A stretch of DNA of 63,993 nt, the filler included, from Acidimicrobiia bacterium (GTDB taxonomy: Bacteria > Actinomycetota > Acidimicrobiia > Spongiisociales > CAZKJJ01), in the NCBI GenBank assembly GCA_046759765.1. It is 4 parts of 4 records of this genome, joined end to end, with 100 filler letters (N's around TTAATTAATTAA, not from the genome) between each part and the next. Parts side by side here need not be neighbours in the genome. Positions count along the whole stretch, not along the records: positions 33,018 to 48,549 come from JBHICV010000048.1; positions 48,650 to 63,993 come from JBHICV010000051.1; 2 more parts are not named here. One strand, 5' to 3'. Below, one piece after another: positions 37,359 to 49,407 of the stretch. Numbering within the stretch: position 1 is the first letter of the stretch; every line of letters starts with the position of its first letter. Both the position numbers and the translations under genes were made by a program. The notes below the pieces were generated by a model. That model worked only from the letters and a program-made list of their open reading frames with translations. It had not been told where the DNA came from and made no database searches.

Positions 37359-40094
37359 ATGGCGGATCTTCCTGACGGGGTTGTCACCTTTCTCTTCACG
37401 GATGTGGAAGGCAGTACGCGTATGTGGGAGGAAGAGCCTGATTCGATGGCGGTGGCGCTCCGTCAGCACGACGAAGCCATCGACGAGTCTGTCACCGCCC
37501 ACAACGGCATCTCCGTGAAGCCTCGGGGGGAAGGGGACAGCAAGTTCATAGTGTTCCGCTCAGCCTTCGACGCGGTGGAAGGTGCAGCCGAGATACAGCG
37601 TCGCCTGGCGGGGGTGGACTGGCAGACTCCGAGGCCCTTGCGGGTACGAGCTTCGTTGCATACGGGTATGGCCGACTTGCGGTTGGGCGACTACTACGGG
37701 TCCTCCGTGAATCGAGCGGCGCGCCTCCGAGCGACCGCTCATGGCGGTCAAACGGTCATGTCAGGCTCGACGTGGGAGCTGGTTCAAGACCAATTGCCGG
37801 ACGACGTAACGGTCAGTGACATGGGCCGGCACCGGTTAAAGGATCTGACCCGGCCCGAGCATGTCTATCAGATAAACGTCAAGGGCCTCGACAACGTGTT
37901 CCCTCCGCTGTTGTCCCTGGACGCGGTTGCGAACAACCTTCCCGAGCAATTGACCGATTTCATCGGCCGCCAAGTGGAACTGACAGAAGCAGAGAGTTTG
38001 CTCGGTAAGTCCCGGCTGCTCACGATCATGGGCCCGGGCGGAGCAGGCAAGACTCGTCTTGCGATCCAGGTCGCTGCAGACCTGATCTCCGAATACCCAG
38101 ACGGCGTATTTTTCGTTGGCCTCGCCGATATCAGTTCCAGCGAAGACATCATCCAAGCGGTGGCCGAATCGCTGGGTCTCGGACTCTCTTCGGACGAAGA
38201 CCCACAGGCCCAGCTGCTCGCCTATCTGGCCAACAAACGCCAGCTGCTGTTGTTCGACAACTTCGAACATCTGAGTGACGGCGCCCCGATTATCTCGGAG
38301 ATTCTCAGCGCGGCTCCGCAGGTCGCGGTGGTTGCGACTTCACGTTCGAAGCTCAATTTGACCGGCGAGACGGTTCTGGCCCTGGGGGGCCTCGAGACCG
38401 CGTGGGATACGCCGGAGATGGCCGTGCAGACGAGCGGGGTTCAGTTGTTCGTCGATGCTGCCCAGCGCTCGCAACCGAGGTTATCTCTACAGCCTGACGA
38501 TCTCGACTCAATGGCAAAGATCCTTCGGCTGACGGGAGGCATGCCCCTCGGCCTGGTCCTCGCGGCCGCGTGGGTGGACATTCTGCCCGTCAGTGAGATT
38601 GCCTCGGAGATCGCCAAGAGCATGGACATCCTCCAGACCGACGCTGGGGATGTGCCCGATCGTCAGCGGAGTGTCCGGGCGGTCTTCGAATACACGTGGG
38701 AGCTTCTGAGCCCCGAGGAGCGCAAAGTCTTCGCGGCGCTGTCCGTCTTTCGGGGCGGGTTTACTCGTGAGGCAGCACAGCAGGTTGCCGGTGCCTCACT
38801 CCGTGACTTGGCCGCGCTGGCCAGCAAATCATTGGTGACGCCAAGCCCCGATACCGGACGGTTTGGCGTCCACGAGCTTCTTCGCCAATACGCCGAAGGC
38901 GAGCTCCAGAAAGGCACAGAACACCGTGAGGTCCTAGAAGCACATGCCGCCTACTACAGGGACGTTACGGGGGAAGCCTTTGCGCTTGTCCATGTCAGCG
39001 ACGAGACGCGGATGCTGGCCATGATCGAGGGGGACATAGACAACATCAGGTCGGCCTGGCGCCACTGTCTCGCCACAAGGGATGCGATCGGAGCTCGGAA
39101 GCTTGTCCCCGGTCTTTGGACCATATACGAGATCCGGGGGTGGGTTGCGTCTGGGGTGGAGTTGTTCGGCGAGGCACTCGATGCCTTCGATGAGGATTCG
39201 CAGGATGAGGCAACGGCCGTAAGCCGAGCGCTCTCGAGCGCGGCTCGAGGATGGTTTCTTGCACTTCTCGCCCAGCCGCAGGCCGGCGAAGAGCTCGCCG
39301 CCCAAGCGGCCGAAACCCTGCGGTCCACCACCGACACAGAAGCCTTGCTCGTAGCGCTGCAATGTCGGTTGATCGGCCTCGCGTATTCCGGCCAGGTGGA
39401 GGAGTGGGGTGCCGTGGCCGACGAAGGAATCACTCTGGGTGAGAAGCTCGACAGCCGCCTCTGGACAGCATTGATGAAGCAATGGCGAGGAGGCGCCGCC
39501 TTGATGGCCGGCGATCCTGGCACGGCCAAGGGCCTCTTCCTCGAAGGAATGGAGGTGTACCAAGACCTCGACGAGCAGTGGTGGATGTCCGGGAACTTGA
39601 ACCATCAAGCCCAGGCCGCCATGGCGGAAGGTCGTCTCGAGGACGCGATCGACCTTTTTAGCCAGTCGGCACAAAACGCGACCAATCTCGGGGCGAAGAG
39701 GATCATGCAGCTTTCGCTGACGGGTTTGGGCGACGCCAATTCTGGCGCCGGCAATCTCGAGGCTGCCGAGTCCGCCTACATAAAGAGCCTGGCCACTTCC
39801 GAGCAGATGGGCCTGGTTCGGGAGATGCTCAACCTGATGACCAAGATCGCCACAGTACGAGCGGCCGTCGGCCGGACCCGAGAAGCCGTCGAGATGCTCG
39901 CGACGGTCCTGGCCGAGCCGATGAGTGCGCAACGCGCAGTGTTTGAGACCGCACCGATCGCCGAAACTGCTTCTATAGCCCTGGCGGGCCTGCAAGAGAA
40001 ACTCGACTCCGAAGACTTTCGGGCGGCTAAGGCTGCTGGAACCTCACGGCCATATGACGTCACAGTAAAGGAACTGCTGGACAGCCATTCGTGA
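37359..40094 (+). CDS. Class III cyclase-STAND NTPase-TPR protein
   Basis: [49 protein letters not shown]-like C-terminus. Confidence 0.92.
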   Translation: MADLPDGVVTFLFTDVEGSTRMWEEEPDSMAVALRQHDEAIDESVTAHNGISVKPRGEGDSKFIVFRSAFDAVEGAAEIQRRLAGVDWQTPRPLRVRASLHTGMADLRLGDYYGSSVNRAARLRATAHGGQTVMSGSTWELVQDQLPDDVTVSDMGRHRLKDLTRPEHVYQINVKGLDNVFPPLLSLDAVANNLPEQLTDFIGRQVELTEAESLLGKSRLLTIMGPGGAGKTRLAIQVAADLISEYPDGVFFVGLADISSSEDIIQAVAESLGLGLSSDEDPQAQLLAYLANKRQLLLFDNFEHLSDGAPIISEILSAAPQVAVVATSRSKLNLTGETVLALGGLETAWDTPEMAVQTSGVQLFVDAAQRSQPRLSLQPDDLDSMAKILRLTGGMPLGLVLAAAWVDILPVSEIASEIAKSMDILQTDAGDVPDRQRSVRAVFEYTWELLSPEERKVFAALSVFRGGFTREAAQQVAGASLRDLAALASKSLVTPSPDTGRFGVHELLRQYAEGELQKGTEHREVLEAHAAYYRDVTGEAFALVHVSDETRMLAMIEGDIDNIRSAWRHCLATRDAIGARKLVPGLWTIYEIRGWVASGVELFGEALDAFDEDSQDEATAVSRALSSAARGWFLALLAQPQAGEELAAQAAETLRSTTDTEALLVALQCRLIGLAYSGQVEEWGAVADEGITLGEKLDSRLWTALMKQWRGGAALMAGDPGTAKGLFLEGMEVYQDLDEQWWMSGNLNHQAQAAMAEGRLEDAIDLFSQSAQNATNLGAKRIMQLSLTGLGDANSGAGNLEAAESAYIKSLATSEQMGLVREMLNLMTKIATVRAAVGRTREAVEMLATVLAEPMSAQRAVFETAPIAETASIALAGLQEKLDSEDFRAAKAAGTSRPYDVTVKELLDSHS

Positions 40095-40216
40095 TCACAG
40101 CCGGGCCATCCGCCGGCGGGCTTCGACGGGGTCTCGACTCTCATCTCGTAGGCGATAGGGGTGACCTCAACCAACGGGTCGCCGCGGGCTAGCGTGCTGC
40201 CGTTGAGAGGAGATAC

Positions 40217-41314
40217 GTGACCTCGCAAGCGCCGATGAGTTCACCTCTCAGATCGGCCCGGCGAACCACCCCGCGCGAGGACCTGATCACCGTTCTCATT
40301 GGTCTCTGGCTCACGACCGGTGGGTTTCTCGATGGTTACACCCATCGCAATCTCGACACACCGGAGACCTTCTTCAGCCCCTGGCATAGCGTTCTCTACT
40401 CCGGATATCTGGCCGCAGTCGCCTGGGTCACTTGGCTGGTCGCCCGCAACCGAGCTCAGACGTCGTCGCTGAGAGAGGCGATCCCGTCGGGCTACCAGAC
40501 ATCGGTCACCGGCCTGGCTGTCTTTGCGGCTGGGGCGCTCGGGGACATGTATTGGCACACGGTGTTTGGGATCGAAGTCTCAGTTGACGCTCTGCTCTCC
40601 CCGACGCACTTCGTGCTATTGGCGGGTGCCTTGATGTACCTCTCCGGTCCGTTGCGGGCTTGGTGGCGAGACAGCCCCGCTTCGCCGAATGGTCTTGCTC
40701 ACTTCTGGCCGCCATTGCTCGCCCTTACGTTGAGTGCTGCGGAGATGGGGTTCTTCTTCCAATACGCCGACGGCTTCTTCACCCGATTCATGGCGGTTCC
40801 TTACGTTCCTGCCACCGATGAGGGAGTCCTCCAGCTTGTCGTAGGGCTGACCTCGATGTTGGTCACCACCATCATTCTCATGGGAGCCTTGCTCCTGATG
40901 ATCCGCCGCTGGAATCCACCCTTCGGCGCCGGAGTCGTCATGTTCGGTTTGTTCGGACTTCTGATGAGTGGCCTCAGCGGTTACGAGTTCGCCGAAGACC
41001 TCATTCCGCCCCTGGTGGGCGGGATCACGGCGGACCTCCTCATCCGCTACGTGCATCGTGGTCCGGGACAACTCAGCAGGATCAGATTGCTGGCTTTCAT
41101 CGTGCCGCTGATCATGTGGACCGCTCGAATGGCCGTGTTCTCCGTGTCGTCTGAGATGGAGTGGCCGACGGCCGTCTGGACCGGTGCCATCGTTTTCGGC
41201 GGTCTCGCCGGGGTGAGTGCAAGCCTGCTTGTGTTCCCACCCGGCAGCACCCTCAAAACAAAAAGGACGCACGCACCGCAGATGGCGGTGCCTTCGGATA
41301 CGCCACGCGGGTAG
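40217..41314 (+). CDS. Uncharacterised polytopic membrane protein with duplicated DxxxH...SPxH motif
   Basis: About 10 hydrophobic segments; DGYTH...FFSPWH and DMYWH...LLSPTH; start may be ATG 40235. Confidence 0.8.
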   Translation: MTSQAPMSSPLRSARRTTPREDLITVLIGLWLTTGGFLDGYTHRNLDTPETFFSPWHSVLYSGYLAAVAWVTWLVARNRAQTSSLREAIPSGYQTSVTGLAVFAAGALGDMYWHTVFGIEVSVDALLSPTHFVLLAGALMYLSGPLRAWWRDSPASPNGLAHFWPPLLALTLSAAEMGFFFQYADGFFTRFMAVPYVPATDEGVLQLVVGLTSMLVTTIILMGALLLMIRRWNPPFGAGVVMFGLFGLLMSGLSGYEFAEDLIPPLVGGITADLLIRYVHRGPGQLSRIRLLAFIVPLIMWTARMAVFSVSSEMEWPTAVWTGAIVFGGLAGVSASLLVFPPGSTLKTKRTHAPQMAVPSDTPRG

Positions 41315-41364
41315 AGGCCTTCTCACTCATGCGGATTGCTGTTAGGCCATACTGGGAATAGCAC

Positions 41365-41631
41365 ATGGACGCCCAGGCATATCCCGAGCGGAGCCCAGCC
41401 ACCACCGCCCTGGTGTTGGGGATAGTGGGCATCTTCTTCACGGTTGTTGCGCCCTTCGCCTGGAAGTTCGGACACGATGAACTGAAAGCAATCGACGAGG
41501 GGCGCCGTCCGCCCGATGGCCACGGTCAAGCTACCGCGGGCCGCATCCTCGGGATCATCGGGACCGTGCTTTTGGTCTTGGGCCTGCTGGTGTTGGCGCT
41601 GGTGATACCGGTCTCGGTGACCAACGGCTGA
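41365..41631 (+). CDS. DUF4190-like small membrane protein
   Basis: ALVLGIVG...G..QATAGRILGIIG. Confidence 0.8.
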   Translation: MDAQAYPERSPATTALVLGIVGIFFTVVAPFAWKFGHDELKAIDEGRRPPDGHGQATAGRILGIIGTVLLVLGLLVLALVIPVSVTNG

Positions 41632-41668
41632 GCGCCGTCCGCGGTGCTCACCGAAAGCCAGAGTCGGT

Positions 41669-41718
41669 TTTCCTGTCAGTCGCGGTCCCGCTATGCGGGT
41701 CGGAGTACTGGCACGAAA
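41669..41718. repeat. About 50-bp REP-like palindrome between convergent genes
   Basis: TTTCCTGTCAGT...CCCGC-TAT-GCGGG...ACTGGCACGAAA; resembles 49299-49344. Confidence 0.6.
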
Positions 41719-41726
41719 GAAGGATC

Positions 41727-42899
41727 TCAGTCCTCGGCGTCCGCGGCCTCTACTTCCTCCCGCGTGATACCAAGCAGGAAGAGGATCGCATCGAGATAGG
41801 GAACGGACAGCTTCACCTCAGCCGCTTCCTGGACGCTCGGCCGGGCATTGAAGGCGATACCAAGGCCGGCAAGGGCCAGCATGTCGAGGTCATTGGCGCC
41901 ATCTCCGACGGCCACCGTTTGCTCGCGCGGAATCCCCGCCGAGATTGCGATCTCCCGCAGAAGTTCAGCTTTGCGTGCTCGATCAACGACCGGACCGGCC
42001 AGCTCACCGGTGAGCCTTCCTTCTGCGACCTCCAGCACGTTGGCATGCGCATGCGTTATATCGAGCTCGGAAGCAAGCCAGTCCGTGAACTCCGAGAAGC
42101 CTCCGCTGATAAGCGCGATCTCGAACCCGAGGCGCTTAAGGGTGCGAATGAAGGTCCTCGCGCCCGGCGTCAGACGCAGGCGACGCGTCGCCTCGGCGAC
42201 CTTGCTCGCTTCCAAGCCGGCCAAGAGCTTCACGCGCTGTCGAAGAGCGGTTTCGTAGTCAAGCGCTCCGCTCATCGCATCTTCCGTCAGCGCGCGGACC
42301 TCGTTACTTCGACCGGCAGCTTCAGCCAGCAAGTCGATGGCTTCGTCCTGGATAAGGGTCGAGTCGACGTCAAGGACAACCAGGCGCTTGGCTCGACGGC
42401 CGAGACCTTCCTTCTGCACCGCTATGTCCATTTGGTGCTCGGTGGCAGCTGACATCAGCCCGGCCCGGATCTCATCGATCTCACCGCCGCTGACCAGCAG
42501 CTCATAGGCCATGACCGGGAATCGGGCGAGGCGGAATATCCGCTCGATGTTGCCACCGCCCTCCGCGATTGCTCCGGCGACGGCCCCGAGCTGGAGGGGC
42601 GATAGATCGCTGGCAACGACCGTGACGACGTAGCCCAGCTGTCTCGGCGTCTCCGTCCCTTCGACCACCTCGAACTCGACATCGATCCCGTGCTCCCAAC
42701 CCAGCAGCAGCAGCTCCTTGAGGAGATCCCTGCCGCCGGGCACCGAGATGACGACTCCGAGCGTCAACCGACCGCGCACTACCACCTGCTCGGCGTCGTG
42801 GACACTGGCGCCGGCCTCGGCCAGGCGCGCCATCAGGTCGGCGGTTATTCCCGGGTGATCAGGACCGGAGATTCGAACGAGGACGGTTTGAGAGGTCAC
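41727..42899 (-). CDS. serB: Phosphoserine phosphatase with two ACT domains
   Basis: [31 protein letters not shown]. Confidence 0.95.
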   Translation of the reverse strand: MTSQTVLVRISGPDHPGITADLMARLAEAGASVHDAEQVVVRGRLTLGVVISVPGGRDLLKELLLLGWEHGIDVEFEVVEGTETPRQLGYVVTVVASDLSPLQLGAVAGAIAEGGGNIERIFRLARFPVMAYELLVSGGEIDEIRAGLMSAATEHQMDIAVQKEGLGRRAKRLVVLDVDSTLIQDEAIDLLAEAAGRSNEVRALTEDAMSGALDYETALRQRVKLLAGLEASKVAEATRRLRLTPGARTFIRTLKRLGFEIALISGGFSEFTDWLASELDITHAHANVLEVAEGRLTGELAGPVVDRARKAELLREIAISAGIPREQTVAVGDGANDLDMLALAGLGIAFNARPSVQEAAEVKLSVPYLDAILFLLGITREEVEAADAED

Positions 42900-45800
42900 T
42901 CGTCGGATTCGTCGGCTTGTTCTCCCTCGTCCTCCCCTGGGCTACCGAGCGAGGCCAGCCATTCGGCCGGGTTCGCAGGCAGCAGCTCCTCCTCGGGCTG
43001 ATCCGTCACTATGTCGCCGAAGATCCCAAGCGCCGCTACCGCCGCTGTCTCGGGCAGTGCAGGCTCGAGGTCCTGATAGTTGTCCGATCCCGTCCCCGCC
43101 GGGATGAGCTTGCCGATGATCACATTCTCTTTCAGGCCACGCATGAAGTCTGATCTGCCCTGCAGAGCAGCTTCGGTCAACACACGGGTGGTCTCCTGGA
43201 AGGAGGCGGCCGATAGCCAAGAGTCAGTAGCGAGGGAAGCCTTGGTGATTCCCATCAACTCGGGGCGCCCTTCGGCCGGTATCTTGCCGTCCGAGACGAG
43301 CTCCTGGTTGGCATCGCGGAACTCGAGCTGGTCAACCAGCTCCGCCGGCAGGTAGTCCGACTCATTGGGGCTGACTACCCGCACCTTGCGGAGCATCTGT
43401 CGCACGATCATCTCGATGTGCTTGTCATGGATGTCGACGCCCTGACTGCGGTAGACCTCCTGAACTTGGTCGACCAGGTATTGCTGAGCGGCTCGAACTC
43501 CCTGGATCTCCAGAACTTCCTTTGGATCGAGGGGTCCCTCCGTGAGCGTCGTTCCCGGTCCAATCTCGTCGCCGCTGTGGACTCTTATGCGCGCCCGCCG
43601 GCTCACGTCGTAGGACATCTCTTCGTCCTTGGACTGGACCTGAACGACGCGCTGTCCGTCTTCGTTCTCTTCGATGCTGACGGTCCCACCTATGTCCGCC
43701 AACACGGCCTTGCCCTTGGGAGTACGAGCCTCGAACAACTCAACCACCCGAGGCAGTCCGTGAGTGATGTCCTCACCAGCCACACCACCGGTATGGAAAG
43801 TACGCATCGTGAGCTGTGTGCCCGGTTCCCCGATCGACTGCGCGGCCATTATTCCGACGGCCTCTCCCAGCTCGACCGCCTTGCCGGTCGCCAAGCTGAG
43901 CCCGTAGCACTGCTGGCACACCCCATACCGAGAGTCACAGGTGAGGACGGAACGCACTCGCAGCGCAGTTACCTCCTCGGCTGTCTCGATGGCCTGTAGC
44001 GCGAGACGGTCAATCAGGGTGCCAGCGCGGAGCTTCACGCCGTCGGCGGTCTCGAGGAGCTTTCGCTCGATCTTCACGTCCTCTGACAGAACACGGCCGA
44101 AGATCCTGCTGCGCAGATTACGGATGAGGGGACCGCCTGCCTCAGGTCGGATCTGGACCGGGATGCCCTTGTCCGTCTGGCAGTCCACCTCTCTCACGAT
44201 CACTTCCTGGGATACATCGACCAGTCGCCGGGTCAGGTAACCGGAGTCGGCAGTTCGGAGGGCGGTGTCGGCCAGTCCTTTGCGAGCCCCGTGCGTCGAG
44301 ATGAAATACTCGAGCACCGAGAGACCTTCGCGGAAGTTCGCTTTGATCGGACGAACGATGATGTCGCCCTTCGGGTTGGCCACCAGGCCTCTCATGCCGG
44401 CGATCTGACGAACCTGCATGATGTTGCCCCGCGCACCGGAGGCCACCATCATGTCGACGGGGTTGAAGAGGGTCGCCTTGAGGGTTGCCTCCATGGAGTC
44501 CTTGACCTGATCTGTCGCCTCGGTCCAGATCTCGATCAGCTCCTGGCGCCGCTCGTCATCTGTGATGATCCCCTTGCGGTATTGCTCCTCGACCCCCTCG
44601 GCACGAGACTCGAAGTCCTCGAGGATCTTGTCCTTGTCAGGTGGCGTCTTGACATCGTCGAGTCCGATTGTGAGGCCTGCCTTGGTGGCGTAGTGGAAGC
44701 CGAGCTGCTTGATGTTGTCCAGCACTACTTCGACTTCCGTCTTGTTATAACGCTCGATTACCTCCTCGATCAGCCGACGAAGGTCCGACTTGAGGATCAC
44801 GGACTCGATATACGGGAAGTCGGCGGGAAAGGCACGGTTGAACAACGCACGCCCGAGCGTCGTCTCGAACGGCTTCGAGATGTCGATCGGCTCCGGCGTC
44901 ATCATGTCCGCGATCATCGGCTGTAGATCTTCGTGGAGTTCGGGGCTCCCGGCCATGTCGTCGACCCGCAACAGAATCGGCGCATGGGTGGAGAGGTCGC
45001 CGAGGTCGTAGGCCATAACGGCTTCTTCCAGGCTGGAGAAAGCGCGCCCGGCACCTTCTGCGTCGTCTACCCGCTCCGACAGGTAGTAGATCCCGATGAC
45101 CATGTCCTGTGAGGGAGTCACGATCGGACGACCGTGCGCAGGGGACAGCACATTGTTGGTGGAAAGCATGAGAATCCGGGCCTCGGCCTGAGCCTCCGCC
45201 GAGAGCGGCAGGTGCACAGCCATCTGGTCTCCGTCGAAGTCGGCGTTGAAGGCCTCACACACGAGCGGATGTATTTGGATGGCCTTGCCCTCCACCAGCA
45301 CGGGCTCGAAAGCCTGGATTCCCAGTCTGTGCAGGGTCGGAGCACGGTTCAGAAGCACGGGATGCTCCTGGATGACCTCGGCCAGGACGTCCCAGACCTG
45401 AGGTCGCTGACGCTCGACCATCCGCTTGGCGGACTTTATGTTCTGTGCGATGTCCAGGTCGACGAGCCGCTTCATGACGAACGGCTTGAAGAGCTCCAAA
45501 GCCATGACCTTGGGGAGTCCGCATTGGTGGAGCCGGAGCTGCGGCCCCACCACGATGACGGACCGGCCTGAATAGTCGACTCGCTTTCCGAGCAGGTTCT
45601 GCCGGAACCTTCCTTGCTTGCCCTTCAACATGTCGGAGAGGGACTTCAACGCCCGGTTACCCGGTCCCGTGACCGCTCGGCCTCGCCGACCGTTGTCGAA
45701 GAGGGCGTCGACTGCCTCCTGGAGCATTCGCTTCTCGTTGTTGACGATGATCTCGGGCGCCCCCAGCTCGAGGAGCCGCTTGAGCCGGTTGTTTCGGTTG

Positions 45801-46837
45801 ATGACGCGTCGATAGAGGTCATTCAGATCCGAGGTGGCGAACCTTCCCCCGTCGAGCTGCACCATCGGTCTGAGATCGGGCGGGATCACAGGTATGGCCT
45901 CGAGGATCATCGACAGCGGATCGTTCTGACCCTCGGCGAAGGGCTTGACGACCTTCATGCGCTGCGTGGCTCGCTGACGCTTCTGGGCCGAGTTCGCGTC
46001 CAGGTCGGCTTCGAGGTTCTCCATCTCGGCATCGAGATCCAGCCGGGTAACCAGATCCTTGATCGCCTCGGCGCCCATGCTTCCCTGGTAATAGCCGTCG
46101 TACCGCTCCTTGATCTCTCTCCAGAGCTGTTCGGATTCAATGAGGTCCTTGGCCTTCATTGTGCGGAAGGTCTCGAACGCGTCCTCTATGAGCTCGACTT
46201 CGTGCTCGGCTCTCTCTTCCCGATCCTTGATCTCCCGCTGCACCTCGCGGCGCCTCGCGGAGATTTCCTGGGACCGAGCTTCGGCCTCCTCCATCGAAGC
46301 GACCTCGGTTTCGAGGCGCTCGAGCCGGGCCTCCTGCCACTCCTCGAACTCCTCCTGCACGACCTCGACCTCGGCGGTCATGTTTTCTTCCAGCTCGGCG
46401 AGATCCTTCTCTCTCCGATCGTCGTCTACATGGGTGATCAGATACGAGGCGAAGTAGATCACCTTCTCGAGGTCCTTGGGAGACATGTCCAGCAGATAGC
46501 CCAAGCGGCTCGGGACACCCTTGAAGTACCAGATGTGTGTGACGGGAGCAGCCAGCTCGATGTGTCCCATTCGCTCGCGGCGGACCTTCGACCGGGTCAC
46601 CTCGACGCCGCAGCGTTCGCAGACGATCCCGCGATACCGGATCCGCTTGTACTTACCGCAGTAACACTCCCAGTCCTTCTGTGGGCCGAATATTCGCTCG
46701 TCGAACAGGCCGTCTTTCTCCGGCTTGAGAGTGCGATAGTTGATGGTTTCGGGCTTGCGGACCTCGCCGTAGGACCAGATACGGATCTGATCTGCCGTAG
46801 CCAGGCCGATCTTCAGTTCATCGAAGAGCTGACGCAC
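42896..46837 (-). CDS. rpoC: RNA polymerase beta' subunit
   Basis: [33 protein letters not shown]; actinobacterial coiled-coil insert. Confidence 0.99.
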   Translation of the reverse strand: MRQLFDELKIGLATADQIRIWSYGEVRKPETINYRTLKPEKDGLFDERIFGPQKDWECYCGKYKRIRYRGIVCERCGVEVTRSKVRRERMGHIELAAPVTHIWYFKGVPSRLGYLLDMSPKDLEKVIYFASYLITHVDDDRREKDLAELEENMTAEVEVVQEEFEEWQEARLERLETEVASMEEAEARSQEISARRREVQREIKDREERAEHEVELIEDAFETFRTMKAKDLIESEQLWREIKERYDGYYQGSMGAEAIKDLVTRLDLDAEMENLEADLDANSAQKRQRATQRMKVVKPFAEGQNDPLSMILEAIPVIPPDLRPMVQLDGGRFATSDLNDLYRRVINRNNRLKRLLELGAPEIIVNNEKRMLQEAVDALFDNGRRGRAVTGPGNRALKSLSDMLKGKQGRFRQNLLGKRVDYSGRSVIVVGPQLRLHQCGLPKVMALELFKPFVMKRLVDLDIAQNIKSAKRMVERQRPQVWDVLAEVIQEHPVLLNRAPTLHRLGIQAFEPVLVEGKAIQIHPLVCEAFNADFDGDQMAVHLPLSAEAQAEARILMLSTNNVLSPAHGRPIVTPSQDMVIGIYYLSERVDDAEGAGRAFSSLEEAVMAYDLGDLSTHAPILLRVDDMAGSPELHEDLQPMIADMMTPEPIDISKPFETTLGRALFNRAFPADFPYIESVILKSDLRRLIEEVIERYNKTEVEVVLDNIKQLGFHYATKAGLTIGLDDVKTPPDKDKILEDFESRAEGVEEQYRKGIITDDERRQELIEIWTEATDQVKDSMEATLKATLFNPVDMMVASGARGNIMQVRQIAGMRGLVANPKGDIIVRPIKANFREGLSVLEYFISTHGARKGLADTALRTADSGYLTRRLVDVSQEVIVREVDCQTDKGIPVQIRPEAGGPLIRNLRSRIFGRVLSEDVKIERKLLETADGVKLRAGTLIDRLALQAIETAEEVTALRVRSVLTCDSRYGVCQQCYGLSLATGKAVELGEAVGIMAAQSIGEPGTQLTMRTFHTGGVAGEDITHGLPRVVELFEARTPKGKAVLADIGGTVSIEENEDGQRVVQVQSKDEEMSYDVSRRARIRVHSGDEIGPGTTLTEGPLDPKEVLEIQGVRAAQQYLVDQVQEVYRSQGVDIHDKHIEMIVRQMLRKVRVVSPNESDYLPAELVDQLEFRDANQELVSDGKIPAEGRPELMGITKASLATDSWLSAASFQETTRVLTEAALQGRSDFMRGLKENVIIGKLIPAGTGSDNYQDLEPALPETAAVAALGIFGDIVTDQPEEELLPANPAEWLASLGSPGEDEGEQADESDE

Positions 46838-46849
46838 ACCAATCCTTCC

Positions 46850-48549
46850 CTAATCGTCTTCGTCTGAGCCCCGCTCCGGCCGAGACAGGTCGATTCCGAG
46901 CGACTCGGCCGTACGGAAAACGTCCTCATCGAGCTCACGCAGCTCGACTTCCTCGCCCGCGGAGAGCAGCTCGACGTTCAAACAGAGGCTCTGCATCTCT
47001 TTGACCAGCACCTTGAAAGACTCCGGGATCCCGGGCTCGGGGATGTTCTCCCCCTTGACGATGGCCTCGTAGACCTTCACTCGTCCCATAACGTCGTCGG
47101 ACTTGATCGTGAGGAGCTCCTGGAGCGCGTAGGAGGCTCCATACGCCTCCAGAGCCCAGACCTCCATCTCCCCGAAGCGCTGCCCACCGAACTGAGCCTT
47201 TCCGCCCAGTGGCTGCTGGGTGATCATCGAGTACGGACCCGTGGACCGGGCGTGAATCTTGGCGTCGACGAGGTGGACAAGCTTCATGATGTAGATGAAG
47301 CCCACCGTGACCGGAGTATCAAATGCATGCCCGGTCCTCCCGTCATAGAGCACGGCCTTGCCGTTGTCATCGACCATGTACTCCCCGTCCCGGTTAGGCC
47401 GGGCATTCTTCAGCAGGGTGAGGATCTCGTCTTCGCTCGCTCCGTCGAAGACGGGAGAGGCCACTCTTATCCATGGATCCGCACCGGAAGCGGCGGCGTG
47501 CTCACCGCGGAATGACTCCCACCCCTGCGAAGCGGCCCATCCCAGATGGGTCTCGAGAATCTGCCCGAGGTTCATCCTCGAGGGAACACCCAGCGGTGAC
47601 AGGATTATGTCAACTGCAGTGCCGTCCGAGAGGAAGGGCATGTCCTCCTCCGGAAGAATCTTGGCAATAACGCCTTTGTTGCCGTGGCGTCCCGCCAGCT
47701 TGTCACCCTCCGAGATCTTGCGCTGTTGGGCGACGTGCACTCGCACGAGCTCATTCACGCCTGGCGGCAGATCATCGCCCTCCGAACGGCGGAACTCTCT
47801 GACGTCTATGACTTTGCCGGCCTCGCCGTGTGGCACTTTCAGCGAGGTGTCCCGTACCTCGCGTGCCTTCTCGCCGAAGATGGCTCTCAGCAGCCTCTCC
47901 TCGGGCGTGAGCTCGGTCTCGCCCTTGGGCGTGACTTTGCCGACGAGATAGTCGCCGGGGCCGACCTCGGCGCCCACCCGGATGATTCCGTTCTCGTCTA
48001 GGTCCCGGAGGACCTCTTCGGCGACGTTGGGGATGTCCCGGGTGATCTCCTCGGCGCCCAGCTTCGTATCCCGGGCGTCGATCTCGTACTCCTCGATATG
48101 CGCCGAGGTGAGGGAATCGTCCTTGACCAGCCGCTCGGAGATGATGATGGCGTCCTCGTAGTTGTGTCCCTCCCAGGGCATGAACGCCACCAGGAGGTTC
48201 CGACCCAGGGCCAGCTCCCCGTTGTGGGTGGAAGGACCATCGGCGAGAACGTCTCCTTTTCGCACTCGATCTCCCTCACGGACGAGGGGCTTCTGATTGA
48301 TGTTCGTGCCTTGGTTGGAGCGCCGGAACTTGAGCAGCGGATAAACGTGCTCCCGCCCGTTGGAGCGCACGACGATTTGATCACCGGCGACCCGCTTGAC
48401 CTCGCCGGCCTCCTTCGCCACCACCAGGTCCCCGGAGTCTTGCGCGGCTCGGCCCTCGACGCCGGTGCCGACGAGCGGCGCCTCAGACTTGAGGAGGGGA
48501 ACAGCCTGGCGTTGCATGTTGGATCCCATCAGGACCCGGTTGGCGTCGT
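46850..48549 (-). CDS. rpoB: RNA polymerase beta subunit, C-terminal part (5' truncated by contig end)
   Basis: [40 protein letters not shown]. Confidence 0.99.
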
Positions 48550-48649
48550 NNNNNNNNNNNNNNNNNNNNNNNNNNNNNNNNNNNNNNNNNNNNTTAATTA
48601 ATTAANNNNNNNNNNNNNNNNNNNNNNNNNNNNNNNNNNNNNNNNNNNN
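48550..48649. other. Artificial contig-joining linker
   Basis: N run with central TTAATTAATTAA. Confidence 0.98.
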
Positions 48650-49290
48650 CTGGATTCGTGCAGGGGCTCGATATCGCCCGGTCGCGGATCCACTTCTCTC
48701 CGCGGAAGATCCTGGTGGTGGGCGTGGAGCTGATCTCCCGGTTGATCTCTTGGGAGGATCGGGCGACGTGTGTGCTGTTCGGCGACGCGGCGGGAGCCGT
48801 GGTGGTCGTGCCCGAGAAAGCCCGAGCTGAGCTGTTGGACGTCGTGGCCGGGACTGACGGCAGCCGAGCCGAGATACTGACCTTGCGGACTGGTGGCACC
48901 AGGCACCCTTTCAACGAGCAGGCCATCGCTACCGGCTCCTACAACTACTTGGAGATGAATGGTCGCGAGGTCTTTCGGGAGGCGGTGCGACACATGAGCG
49001 GCTCGGTTAATGACGTGCTTGCTCGGACCGGCAGGAGCATCGACGACGTAGCGCTCGTCATTCCCCATCAGGCCAACAAACGCATCATCGACGCAGTGGG
49101 TCAGCGTTTGGGCGTCTCAGGCGATCGGGTCTACGTCAACATCGAGGAGTACGGGAACACCGGCTCGGCCTCGGTCCCGCTGGCGCTCTGGGAGGCCAAC
49201 GAGGACGGGACGATCTCAGAGGGTGACCTGGTGGTCCTGACTGCCTTCGGAGCAGGCTTTCACTGGGCGGCGGCCGCGCTCCAGTTCTGA
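48650..49290 (+). CDS. fabH: Beta-ketoacyl-ACP synthase III, C-terminal part
   Basis: DRATCVLFGDAAGA, MNGREVF, PHQANKRI, YGNTGSAS, AFGAGFHW. Confidence 0.93.
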
Positions 49291-49298
49291 TTCCCCGG

Positions 49299-49344
49299 TT
49301 CCTGTCAATGTGGGCCGCGCTTTCGCGGCTGAGATTGACACGAA
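49299..49344. repeat. REP-like palindrome/hairpin after fabH
   Basis: TTCCTGTCAAT..GCCGCG-CTTT-CGCGGC..ATTGACACGAA. Confidence 0.6.
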
Positions 49345-49407
49345 GATCGAGTTCATCGGGCCCATATGCCATGCCAGCTATGGTTGCGGCCGCGTCTAGA
49401 GGGAGTC

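Noticed and set aside
49291..49407. ZTP or glycine riboswitch upstream of glyA
   Set aside because: Consensus elements not recognisable; the hairpin matches the dispersed repeat at 41669.
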